Shown here one piece after another: positions 50,194 through 63,259 of a stretch of DNA of 64,000 bases (its first letter is position 1; each line of letters begins with the position of its first letter). The notes under the pieces were generated by a model, which made no database searches, was not told the origin of the DNA, and worked only from the letters and a program-made list of their open reading frames with translations. Both the position numbers and the translations under genes were made by a program. The stretch is from assembly GCA_051362555.1 (NCBI GenBank), contig CM120648.1:16798587-16862586 (forward strand), read 5' to 3'. The DNA is from Lingula anatina. Its lineage: Eukaryota; Animalia; Brachiopoda.

Positions 50194-53100
50194 AGCACGA
50201 AACAGTTTGATACATTGTTTAAATAGTGAGTGTTAGTAAATATTACTTTTTTTCTTTGCATTCCTAAGTTACCATCAGATTTATATTATCTTTACATTGT
50301 TTTATTAAAAGGGCCATTTGGTTTGTGTATTTTTTATGAATTGACATTGATAAAAGTTAAATAATTTTAATGTCTTAAAACTGATAAATGCCATATAAAA
50401 TGCATTTTTACATTAAAAGCATCTTTTCTGCTTACATTTTAGCTTGTGTCAAATAATGATGACATTTTAAATCAAGTCTATAACAATCCAGTGAAGTTAA
50501 ATAGCCCAAATGTACTTATATGTCAGGTTACATTAAATTTTTGAGGTACAGTTAGATTAGGCTCTGCTGTGCTGTATTCTTCAAAGTGGAATTGTTTAGG
50601 AAAGCTTATTAAGAGACAGTTTGAGTCTTAGGAGATGGAGACTTGCTTGTCCTAAACAACAAATAATTATTCACTTTACAATAGTCCCCGAATCTTTGAT
50701 ACAGATCAGTGCTATAGTAATTAACAGTCAGGTGTGAATAGGGCTCTTCCTTGCTAGCAGCACATCTTGTGGGCTGAGCATTTCAGATAGTTGTCGGCCA
50801 ATTGAAAATTGTCACCTTTCTAAGAGTGAGTGTCAACTAAGACTTTGGAAGGAGGATTCCCTTTAGTGTTTCTTAAGACATGACAGTTTGATACTTAACT
50901 GTGTATAAAATATTACCCTTGTCTACTGTTATTACTTATTTAGTTTATTCTAGTTTAACAAAATCTAATAAAATTAGCTGTAGGTTTCTGTGTATATTAC
51001 CATAGTTAAAGGTACATTTTGAACTGAGTGTGGTGAAACATGGATTCCCAGTAAATGCTTATTAACTACTTCTACTAGTTTGTTATACAACTAGAATAAT
51101 TTATTATACATGACAAGGAAAAATCACTTGATCAGCATAAAGGAGCTTTTAACTGCTCCTTATTTTAAATTTTGGCTGAAAATTTAACATACAAGTACAT
51201 ATCTTACTTATCTGCCTGGATTATATCGGCATAGCAAGCTAGCAGAAAATATTGTTCAAATATCATTTTTCGGGCAGTATTAAATGATGTCTTGTGGTAA
51301 TTACCTTAGTACTATTTAAAATTTTACTGGCAATTGGTGAGCTTTTGTGGCAAAAATTTACCATTTATGCATCCTAAAATTGATAAAATTTTGATGTCTC
51401 TAGGTATATGCATAACAAAATGCAATTTTCCATTATTAGAACCCCTTCCACAGTCATTTGGGTTATTTGTCAGGAAGTGAAATGCTTTTAATTGAATCCA
51501 TTTATAATCCAGTGAAGCTAAATAGCTTAGGTAGTCCTAAAATATCTGTCAGATAATATAGAATTTAAAATTGAGTTGTAGTCACATTAAGCTTTGATGA
51601 CCTGTAAATACTCTTTGAAGTGGAATTGTTCAGCTAAGCTTGTTGAAAGACAGTATGTACCTTAAGGGGTAGATACTTGTTTGTTGTTAAATGCTTCTCT
51701 AATTAGCAAGTAGGAATTTTAAGGTCCATGATCTTTACCTAGATACAGATCAGTTATTAAGTGTGTGTCCATGATAAGACCAGTCAGAGGGTGGCAAGGT
51801 GGGGGTCAACAGATTTCAACCAAATTCATAATATAGTTGCATACATAGGAGATATTCATATTGAAGGCAACAATCCCAAAAGAAATCATTGGATATAATT
51901 ATAAAATAATATTAAATGTTTTGGCCATTTTTGGCTTGATTTTCAGCTTCGGTCAATAAAGCCACTTCATAAGCAAATATGTCAAAACTGATGACTTTTT
52001 AAAATAAATTAATAATTTACCTATTTAAAGCAGCCATTTGCCATTGAGAATATGTTACTTAATTTTAGTTTAACCCACAAACTAACGAGCCACGCCCATT
52101 TTTATAACCCCACCCCCCAAACTCACTTTTCTACCAAGCAATGTTCAAGCATTCATATCTCTCTTTTTGCAGGGTTGACAGCCATAAAATTGTATAGGGA
52201 TCCTGAGCATATATTGGTCTCATCATACAAATTTTAAAAAGTGTGTTAAACACAACAGAAGATATTGAAAAAGTGCCTCAAACATAAGCAATTTTAGCAG
52301 AAAACCAACCGACCGAAATCAAGATATCAGTACATTTTGAGATAATACCTTCCAATAATCAAATTTAATCAAAGACTCACAGCCAGGAATTCAAACAATG
52401 CTTTGATAAGGGCAAATCTATCCAATTTTTATAAATACAAGATGGCTGCCATCAATTCTGTCTCAAAATACAGTTACCATAATTCCTCAAAATAATCAAG
52501 AGGTCCATTTTTGCAGGTTTTTTATTTTGAGATCTGTAATACAGGGTTGCTCAGATAATATTCTTTTCAAACAGAGCCATACAACTTCTGAATAAATTTA
52601 AATTATTAGTGTCAAGTTATTCAACCCCCCCCCCCCCCCCCATTTAATGAGTTATTACTATGCATATCCAATGTCATCAGCATTGCGTATATACCTTATT
52701 TTCAGGGAGAAATAGAGAAAAATAAAAAAAAATTACAAAGGATTTTTCTAAAGGTAAAAGGGAATTACTGTATCATTTTATCAGTTTTCTCAAGTGCAAC
52801 ACTAATTAATCCACTTGAAATGATTTATATTGCATTTTTCAACCATTCTTTTTCCTTTCAAATGATTCATAGGTTTTGTTAATACATGTGATATCTTGTT
52901 ATCTATATTCTTTTTCTATAAAGAAAATTAAAACAAAGTCAGCAACATACAATGACAGGAGGAGTACTTTATTTTCATATTATCGATTGGACAGTAAAAG
53001 AACAAAGCAGTTACTTTTCACAGGAGTGAAATCAAGCTATGAATCTCCAAAGTTCCAATATCACGGTCATCTTTTCCATATACTGAACACAACAGTGATG

Positions 53101-54287
53101 GGTAGTGTTCCAGAGATTTTAATCTTATAACTGATTGATCCCCAAGTTTCTTCTTCTGGTTGAGAGATCTAGGGTCTCCTTAGACAGTAATGATAATTCA
53201 GCAATCTTAGAAAAAGTGTGGTAACTTGAAGCAACATGCCACTATAGTTTAGTGTGACTGAACTGTCAATTGTCAATATTTGGCAATCCAATGGAAATCC
53301 AATTTGAAATCCAGAATTCCATGATAGAAAGACAGAGTTGGTGCTCACATCTGAATCTGATGAATTTGCCTGTGCAATTTCAGGTGACTCTTCTATTATT
53401 ATCTGTAAGATTGTCCATGTCAAGGTTAACATCCAGGCCTAGGATGTAAAATCTGAAAAATAAACATAACATCAATAAATGTTTTACAACAACAGAGGCT
53501 TACTGTGTTCAGAATAGAAACTACTGTAGCAGGATCAATCTATCTCAGCGGAGTATCACACTCAGGCTCAGTCATTTAATCAGCTTAATTGTCTGGCACA
53601 CCCCCTTGCAAAGCAACATGAACAACATAATGGACCGCAAAGTCTTCTTGATTTTACTAAAGTACTTTTAGTTGTACAAGTGTTCTGTGTAAGTCTTGAA
53701 AATTGAAGCACAGTGTGTTACAAAGTCACATAAAGCTAAGTGGTTAACTTCAATTTCATTGTAAACACACATAAATCTGCATATGAAACTAAAATATAAA
53801 AAACTGGCACAAGTAACATCCCCTAAAATGCCAAAACTGAATGTGAAACTGAATGTGTGTTACATACCTTTGATTCTGGGAAAGAAATTTCTAATGAAGC
53901 TGTCTACAAGCTGTCTCTTAACTGTTTGTGTTATGATAACACATGTAACAAAGCCCTAGAATTTAATGCACAAATATATTTGATAAGTTAGATACACAGT
54001 TAATTCTCTTCAGCACACATATTTACCATGAAATAGAAATCAAGTAAAATTCTATGAATTGAAATATACCAGAACATATTTTAATTCTGCTTAATATTCT
54101 TTATATTACTTAAAAATATTCAAACTTATTATTTAAACTGGTTTGAGTTTTTAGTGTATCTGATTCTAGTATATTTTATATATAGTATATATATGATCAC
54201 TTACCTTACAACAAACATCCAGAGCTAAATTGATGAGCTGGATATATTGAGGAACCTAAGCCTGACAACAGTTTGAAGTGGTTCAAC

Positions 54288-54324
<37 letters not shown>

Positions 54325-55624
54325 CTAACAGGGGCGGATCCAGAGATATTTTCTGACAGTCTTCCAAATTCTCTTTGTTGATCCATCCTACATTTTTGAC
54401 CGTCTTACGACAGACAAAATTAGATACCCGACAATGTAAACTTCAAAATCTGAGCCTCAATCCGCCCCTGCTGACGACCAGCTGCTATGGTCATTTCTTG
54501 TGATATTCTGGTGCACACCAATCCTTCTGAGATGTACCTAAGCATCTCTAGTGCGTGTTCTTAATAAAATTAAGAAAGCATTATGTTTTAACACTGTAAA
54601 GACGATGTGCTTTGCTCCACAGTTGCTCCGGTGATAATCCTAGTACCCGCCATGTTGAAAATAGGTCACAGAGTTAGCATTTTTATTTTACATTTAGTTT
54701 CTACAACATAAACAAATTTAAAAAATGTATTTTTGCTTCATAAGTTTGTCTGAAGGGCAAACAAGATTGTTTTAAGGGCTTTTCACAAACCTATACATGG
54801 TTTTGACTTATTAATTTAGTTGAAGAAACAGATAAGCATTTCAGTAGTATAAAAATATTCGTTTTTAGGCCCTTTTTAAAATTGTTATAGTTCTAATTTT
54901 ACAAGGTTTAACACAGATTTTATTTCACAAAATTCATTTTGCAACCCTTTTCTATCAGCACATACCAAAATTATATGGATACAACCTGCAAAAAAGAAGA
55001 TGTGTGCATTTAAAGAAGGGGAGGGGGTCAAGCATACGGAAAACATGCCTTATTAGAATCAACCTTGTGTGGTCACGACAGTGCCCTTTCGAAAAATCTG
55101 TACTGGGTATTAAAGGTCTTTCCTTAACCCATCATATGGCATACCTAAATAATTCCTTATGATGTACATGATTTTTAAAAATAATATTTAAAATTATAGC
55201 TTTTCAAGAGCTAAAAAATGCAATATTTTGGCAAAATTGCGGATAAAAGACCTTCCCCCATATCTCTAAAACCAATGATCCAAAATAAGAAAGCCAGTGG
55301 CTCACAATATCTTTCATGTTGATGGTTTACCACACCAAAAATTATTAAAATCTGCTGACCCCCACCTTGCCGCCTTCTGACCGATCTGTTTGGCTTTCTC
55401 ATGGACGCGCTCTTAACAGTCAGGTGTGAACAGGTTTCATCCTTTCTCTCAGCATCTTGCAAGATGAGCATGTCAGAGACTTGAATGGGGGGGATGGTGG
55501 GGGAATCTGGCAGGTGTCTCTTAAAAAATAAGTTTAATACATTGCAAAAATTTAAAGGTTATTAGGTCAAAAGTGAAAAAAAAAAAGAACAAAAAACTAC
55601 AAGAAAAGATTCAGAAAATAATAA

Positions 55625-56703
55625 GGCCACACTTTTTTAATTTTATGGATGACATCCTGCGCGCGCACCGATTTTCGTCCGTTCTCCCAAAAAAAAAAAA
55701 AATCCCCCCCCCCAAGGAAGTCGGTTGTCGCAAACGTCGTTATTGAATTTGCCGGAAAATGCAATCGGCAATCCTCGGCTAATTCCGCAAGCTCCATGCT
55801 GTCATTGTCGACTGCGGAGACATCCGAGTAGTTCCGAGTGCGGAAAATGAGCTTTCTGCGCATGCGTATTATCACCACGTGGAAATATGGCCGCTTTGCC
55901 GTCAAATTCATCTCTAGCATTAATTTCAAAATACACGACAATTAAAGTCATAAAGAGAACGGGGGCCGTCGTTTTGGATTGGTTTGCCATTGATATTGGA
56001 CATGGAGATATCACCTTTTTTTCAATTATACGAAAGGCTGGCCGCGGCCAGCGATCATCGCCCGGAAAATTTCAGTGACATTCTGTCCAAAGCAGCACAT
56101 AGGCTTACCAGGGTTTTTTTGTAGCGAAAAAAGGGTCGACAAGAGCGTCGTGGTATTTGGTGGACTGAAGGTTGGACAGGCCACCCAATAGTTGGCTGCT
56201 ACGTGTGAGTCGAAGTAGACAAAATGGCATCGACCGAAATTACCTTTTTTAGATTTGGTAGTAGGAAGCATAGGCCTATCTTTGCTTCATTTTTTAACAA
56301 TTCTGTGAAGTGTTCACAATGCTTAAATTTTCTGAGAGTACAAATAAAGACACGCTGTTTATTTGATATTTGTTTTATTGATTGCTATACCAACAGAATG
56401 CATGAAATAACCTTAAATAGATTTGGTAATATGCAGCATATATATATTCATGACTTTTTCCCTTTCTACGAAGTAGGCCCTATTCACAATGCTTTAATAT
56501 TTTGAGAGCATGGATAAAGACATGTTGTTAGTTTGATACGTGTTTCTGTGGTAAATTAGTGTTTCCAGCTGTGTACTGAAAACATAATTTTTCTTAAGCA
56601 GTTTTTTTTTTTTTTTTGGACTGTTTTTTTTTTTTTTTCGCCCGCTCGCACCGATTTTGGGGTCCCTAGAGGATGTCATCCATAAAAATAAAAAAGTGTG
56701 GCC
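55625..56703. mobile_element. Non-autonomous PIF/Harbinger-like element, 1.08 kb
   Basis: TIR GGCCACACTTTTT..TTTTATGGATGACATCCT and its inverse; TAA on both sides. Confidence 0.82.
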
Positions 56704-57214
56704 TAACAAGTGCCAAGGAAAATATAATTTTCTAGCATTGAGGACTATCAACATTTACTTGATAATTTTACAGTGCAATTCTATTCGAACAAGCCAATAA
56801 CACAGACATAAGGAATATATACATGTATTACTATATGAAGACTATCAATGTACAAACTAGCAGAAGAAATTTAAAGGTATTCAGGCACTAATTAGAGTTT
56901 AAGAGCCTGTGAATTACATGATTTGAGTGACATCTAGGGTTTTATTCTTAAATGCCCGTTCCACAGCATGCTTAAGCAGAAATACATTTTTACTATTAAG
57001 AATGTCGGATTGGGGAGGGGGGGTGTTAAAGTCGAGGAAAATTAAATAATCAATGCACAAATAACTGTAAATAAAACTTTATTCATACTTCACTAATTAT
57101 GTAAGATGAAAATCCTGAAAACCGAGAATCAAAGTTAAATGATTACTTTTCAAGAAGGACAAATGATTGAAAAAAGGAATATATGCAACTGAACTTAATA
57201 AGCATGGGTTTGCT

Positions 57215-57252
<38 letters not shown>

Positions 57253-58769
57253 TTAAGTTTTAATAATTTGCATTTAATTCTTTCATTGTTTCATTCTGAT
57301 GAACCACAGGGCTTAGAGATTTAACAAACTGAATTGAAATCTCAGATAAGAATCAGTGTGTAATATGTTGGTCTGCTTAGTTAATTATCTCTCAGGTGTG
57401 TAGTTTCCATAAAAGAACCAAAGAGCCATTCTGCTGCACTGTAATTATCCATGAAAATTTGAAAGACCAGATGTGTCAAGGACACTGAATTTGAAGTTCC
57501 ACCCTTACTAGTATGCATTTCAATTGAAGGACCACTGTTCTTTGCTTAGATAGAAATCAGTTTGTTTATGTAGGTGCTATATAATGAAATGAGAATCTTT
57601 CTGCTTTGAATACAATGCTACTTACTAATCTATAGTAAATGGGGACTGAAAATGTACATCTTTTTTTAATCATGAGTCCTGTTATAATAAATTTGATCAA
57701 TCTAGGCTTATTGTGACATATATTTTTCATAATTCTTTTTTTCTTATTTATTTTAGACAAGATGGCTGACCAACTTGGTAGAGTGAGACCCAAAAGATAA
57801 AGACCTTATCCTGAGAATGCCAAAGAGTTGGATGTACAGAATATTAAAGCAACAGCTATATGTGACATATCTGACACAATAACACAACTAAAAGAAGTTT
57901 GTGAAAATGACAATGGCAAAGAAAACTGTGGTGCTAACTTCTCTTATAGCGAAGAAGAGTTGAGTAATGAAGTCCACTGTGATGGAGATTATAGTGACAG
58001 TGATGATGATTCAATGGAGATACCTGTGATGACCCATGTGACAAACCAATTTACCCTGATCATAACTTGACAGTGCACCTTAGTATTTTGCTCATTTTTC
58101 TGTATGCCGTGGTCTGCCCATGCAATTACTGGGAGTCAATTAAGTGATCTTCACATGCTCATCAGTATACACTGGTTTGCAAACTCACCCTGGGCTAAAG
58201 AGTTTATTTGTTTTTAAGAAGTACTTCTAAGGAATGTCATCCCGTGTAGTGTTGATTTTTATGTTCATTGATAGTTGGTGGGTTACATCATAATTCAGTA
58301 TTGCTCCAAATCTGCCTAAATCATGAAAACCCTATGAAATCTTAACATCATCCTGGTTACTCGGTTTTATAAGCAGTAAATCAAAGTATTAATTTGATAA
58401 TAATACATAAGAACTTAAATTATATCAAGTACAAATGTTATAATGAATAAATAATCATTTATATAAGCCTTTGGAACTATTTTTTTATGTGGGGTTATGT
58501 AAATAAATAAATTTGGCCAAAAAGTGGGCAAAATCCATAACTGTACATGAATTGTTTGTCTTTTTTTTTTTTTTTTTAGTACAATTTTGTTAGTTTGAGT
58601 AAGGATGGATTCGAGAATGGAAAAGAAGTTTTCAAATGCCTAAATCTTGATTATTTCAAAAAAAAAAAAAAAAAAGTTAATTTCTATTTTTATAAGTTTT
58701 TTGCAAACTGTAAGCAAATAGCCCTTTTTTTTTTTTGCAAACTTCTTGTGAACTGTAAGTTAATTTCTA

Positions 58770-59130
58770 AGTTTCTTGCAAACTTGTCGCGAACTGTAAG
58801 TAATTGTCTAAGTTTCTTGCAAACTTGTCGCGAATTGTAAGTAATTGTCTAAGTTTCTTGCAAACTTGTCGCGAACTGTAAGTAATTGTCTAAGTTTCTT
58901 GCAAACTTGTCGCGAACTGTAAGTAATTGTCTAAGTTTCTTGCAAAGTTATCGCGAACTGTAAGTAATTGTCTAAGTTTCTTGCAAACTTATGGCGAACT
59001 GTAAGTATTTGACTAAGTTTCTTGCAAACTTTTTGCAAACTGTAAGTAATTGTTCAAGTTTCTTGCAAACTTCTTGTGAATTGTAAGTTTATGTCCAAGT
59101 TTCTTGCAAACTTATTGCAAATTGTAAGTA
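58770..59130. repeat. 41-bp subterminal tandem repeat of the EnSpm-like element, about 8-9 copies
   Basis: GTTTCTTGCAAACTTGTCGCGAACTGTAAGTAATTGTCTAA at 41-nt spacing. Confidence 0.92.
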
Positions 59131-60652
59131 GACTGCTGAGTATCTCGCAAATTTTATGCAAACTAAGTAAATGTCATCTTGCAAACTTCTCCCAAACTAT
59201 TTACAAATGTTTAAGTGTCTTCAGGTGTCTTCAGACTTCTCATAAACTAAAGTTTATAAATTTCTTAGTTTCGTGCAAAAATCTCATAAGCTGTTAGTTA
59301 ACTTGGTCTTTTTTTTTTCTTTTTTTAAACTTAATACTAATATTTTGGCTTGAAAATGGCACTTCCTGACACCCATGCTCAGTGCAAACATCATTAATTT
59401 AACTGTTTGTTAGTAAAAAAAGGTATGGACTTTCTTGCAAAACTCAGGCAGACTTTTATATGAAAAAGAATTTGCAAATTTGCTGCAAACATGAAACAAT
59501 TTTTGCAATTTCTTGCAAATGAATTAACTTGGTGAGTTTCTTGCAAACCTTTATGTAAATGAGGAGTTTATTGCAAATTTACTGCATTTGCAACAATGTT
59601 AGTCTTTCTTGCAAACTTCCTGCAAAATGTTATGTAAATGAAGGTTTTCTTGCAAATTTTCTGCAAATTTGCAACAGGGTATATTTATCCTTGCAAACTT
59701 TCTTCAGGCTTTTATGTAAATGAGCAGTTTCTTGCAAATTTGCTGCAAATTTGCAACAGTTTTAAGTCTTTCTTGCAAACTTCCAGCAAACTTTTATGTA
59801 AATGAGGGTCTTCTTGCAAATTTGCTGCAAATTTGCAAGAAAATAGAAGCTTTCTTGCAAATTTGCTGCGAATTCGCTAGAAAATGATAGTTTTCTTGCG
59901 AACTACCTGCAAACTTTTAATCTTCCTACAAATTTGCAGCAAATTTGCAACAACTGTGATTTTTCTTGCAACAACCTGCAAACAGTTTCTTGCAAACTAT
60001 TTGGTTTGCAGCAAATTTGCTGCAAATTTTTTGCAAGTTTGCTGCAAACTTTTCATTTTGCTAAGGGAGGTTAAGTCTGTGAAGTTGCTGAATATCAGCA
60101 CAAATAATCTTTTTTCGTAAAAATATTTGTTTTTTGAAAATTTTGGCCCGTTTGACCTTGAAACAAAGGTCAAAGGTCAAATACAAGGGCATATTTGAAA
60201 TCTCCACATATGACTTTTGGTCAGCCATCTGTAGAAATTTTTACCATAATTTCTTCCGTATGGTAGATAATTGGCATTTAATTTTGCCAATTTTGGACAA
60301 GGGTACATTGCAATGAGTGCTACACCTAGACCCACGCACCGACGAAGCCTAAATTTTACGTGGAACGAGTTGAGATTATAGGTGACCTAATCCAAAAGAT
60401 AGGTACGCAGGCCCTTGTAGTCCAGGAGGAGAAGCGGTAATGATGACATGGCAGCGGAGCCGGCAGAACAGGCGGGTCGGGACTAACACCATGTGTACCG
60501 CCAGCGCCTACGCTTGTGGCACAATAAAGGCAGTGACCAATTACAACTTTACACAGTTGTCAGCAATCATCTACGACATTGAAACTATGTCTAAAATTTA
60601 TCAATAACACACACACACACACATAATACTTGAAGAATAATTAAAGCCTCAC

Positions 60653-60765
60653 CTCAACTTCATCTGAGGTGTCATTGACACAGCATTGGTTGCTAAACTT
60701 GGGTTGTGGAGTTGGCTCATTCTGTTGGTTTTGTCCCTGCTCAACCATCTTCATTGCTTTTGCTG
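60653..60765 (-). CDS. Gene R short chimeric exon (AAKAMKMVEQGQNQQNEPTPQPKFSNQCCVNDTSDEVE)
   Basis: ttttgtag|CA acceptor (phase 1, matches the NHL donor) and GAG|gtgagg donor (phase 0, matches the 40371 acceptor); the last 11 codons and downstream intron are homologous to 4510-4667. Confidence 0.7.
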
Positions 60766-61569
60766 CTACAAAAATCAACCAAACATCACCATATTGTTCC
60801 AAATACAAAGTGGATAAAGAAATAATCTTTATAGTTTTACATGGTAGTTATCAGTGGCATACACATCTGTAATGTATCATTACTGGTATCTGACAGGACA
60901 CATGCACTGTGCAGATGTTGTAAATTGTACTGTTATTGCACAATACCATCCTTAAATTAACAACACAGAATAATAATTCTTATGATAAGACTTAATCGAA
61001 AAAAAAGCAGAATTTCGGCTGATGAATCACAGGGACGATAAAAAATAAATAAAAAAAAAGATATAAAAGTTGCAACTAGTAGATGATGTGCTGCAGCAGT
61101 GTAAGAAATTTTGCCATTAAAAAAAGCATTGTTATATATTTTGTATATGTGAAACATAATTATATAAAACTAAGACATGGGATAAAATTTTTAGAGTTTT
61201 TCTAGATAAAAACTAGAAAATCACACAGAGCGCAGATCACTAAATATTATGATTATAACATGAAGTTTTTTCTTTAGTTAATAACTTTTTAACCTTCAAA
61301 TACACATATTATTATATTGAAATCTGCCTGGCTTATAGACTGTTCAGAAGGAATTTTATCAACTTTTATTTTTTTTTTTTTTAATTAAGAGCAGACCAAG
61401 TACATTTTTACATAATTCTAATGGGTTCATGGAAATTGGTCAGTAACAGTAAAAAGTCTCTACACTCTACGTACATTTTTTATATGCCTAGCTGTGTGCT
61501 TACCATAAAACTAAGAAATTCATGTTCAGGCATTAAACAATATAAAATGTTTTTCTTGTGACTTGTTAA

Positions 61570-62964
61570 GAAAGATCGTCGTTACATGTTCCAACGTTCA
61601 AATTTTTTATAATTTTTTTTTTGTTTGAAGAGACACCCAAGTACATTAAAAATTTGCAAAAAAAATTGGGGGTCACCAACCAAATAAGAGAACTAGCCCC
61701 AAATATGATACACCCTGCATATCGCACTAGTCCCCATTCAAATCAATGGGAAAATGGGTGTTTTTTCACTATAGCACTATTTTTTATGACTTTCTGACGT
61801 TCAAATTTTTTTTTAAAAAATTTGGTGTAAATAGGCCTCCAAGTACATTTAAATTTTACCAAAAAAATTGGGGGTCACCGACCAAATAAGAGAACCACGC
61901 CAAGTTGAAGTGCATTACACCCTACGTGACGCACTAGTCCCCATTCAAATCAATGGGAAAATGGGTGTCTTTCACTAAATCGTTATTTTTTATGATTTCT
62001 TTTTTGTGTGTGTGTGAGTGTGTGTATGTGTGGAGAGACATCTAAGTACATTTAAAACTTTCATTATGTTTAACGGTTGAAATGAGTATACTCAGCTATT
62101 TTCAGATTTGTCATACTGATGAGGTGTAAGCCATTAACTTAACCAACAAAAGAGTTTTCAAGAGAGTAATAAGGAAAATGCTCATGCATATGAAAATAGT
62201 TTATTGCCGTTGTCATTTATTAATAAATATAACATGAATGTGACATCGTAAACACTGTGTTTTCAAGTAAAATGAAGCATCTGATACAAAGTATGAAATG
62301 CGGCATTCACATGCTTGCTTGCGGTGCGTTCAGTACACTTTGTTTACACTGACAAGTCAAGGTCAGAAATGCACAATTTTTCTGTATAATATAATGCAGT
62401 TTCAATTTTGATTAGTGAATTTCCTTCAAGCTCTATGGCCATTTTCTGAACATTTGTATAAGCTACGAAATATTTCTCAGGCCAAATTTCTCTAGGTCCA
62501 AATGAGTGGCGTTACGACGCACTTCTGGTTTTCGTCGAAATCTAAGCTACGGTTTTGTGCAGCACATTCAGGGCGTTCTACCTGAAAATGTACGCAGCCG
62601 CTTTGATTGGAATTTAAAACACTTATTCTTTACATGATATAGCACCTACGTGCATAATTGGTGATCTTTAGCTGTCATACATTTTGTAGTGCCAGTTCAA
62701 TTTGAAAAAGGAGCTATTCCGACGATTTCTTGAAGGGCAAGTCTATGAACGGCTACAGTTGTCGTATGGAATCATAGTCGACAAGCGTTGTCCAAAATCT
62801 GTATCGATCATACAGAGTTACAGACAAGTTGATAATGTGTGTTTTTCTTATAGATAATTGTTTTATTTCCTCAAATTGATTAAACAGACTGAAGTGTCGT
62901 TAGAGACGATTGACGATGCGCTGAAATTGCGCAAATCGTCAAATTACGTAACGACCGAGCTACC
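61570..62964. mobile_element. Non-autonomous Kolobok-like element, 1.4 kb
   Basis: Flanked by TTAA on both sides; imperfect TIR GAAAGATCGTCGTTAC / GTAACGACCGAGCTACC; second copy at 1073-2260. Confidence 0.78.
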
Positions 62965-63259
62965 TTAATTAAAATGAAGCATATTATAAATTCCATTGAA
63001 AAGAGTCCTTCATCCATATTCAAAATCCTAATCACTAATGGGTTCATTGAAATTGGTCAGAAACAGTAAAGTACTATAGAAAACTTCTTACATTTTTACT
63101 AAACATCAGCTGTGTGCTCACTAAATTTAAATATATGCTGTTTTTTAATGAAATAAAGGCAAGCATATTCATGGATAAAAACATTGTAAGACTAATTAAC
63201 TTTCAAATTTTTTTACATGTAATAAACATATCCATCCACAGTTAATACATGTTACTCAC

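Larger units (their letters stand above)
46027..60067. mobile_element. 14-kb EnSpm/CACTA-like DNA transposon, non-autonomous or decayed
   Basis: TIR CCCTTAGCAAAAT / ATTTTGCTAAGGG with 2-bp TSD AG; dense subterminal TTGCTGCAAA / TTCTTGCAAA repeats at 46040-46430 and 58700-60050; the flanks rejoin the host HINE. Confidence 0.85.
42661..60525 (-). mobile_element. Outer HINE copy in three pieces (42661-43040, 45530-46026, 60068-60525), split by nested insertions
   Basis: The pieces are collinear with the reference copy 25446-27342 once 43043-45529 and 46027-60067 are removed. Confidence 0.78.

Noticed and set aside
54329-54470. Small element with CAGGGGCGGAT / ATCCGCCCCTG ends
   Set aside because: An 11-bp inverted repeat is present but there is no clear TSD, so it is too weak to classify.
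1073-62964. Inverted 1.2-kb repeats near both window ends as TIRs of one giant 62-kb transposon
   Set aside because: The right copy has its own TIRs and TTAA duplication, so these are two independent insertions of one family.
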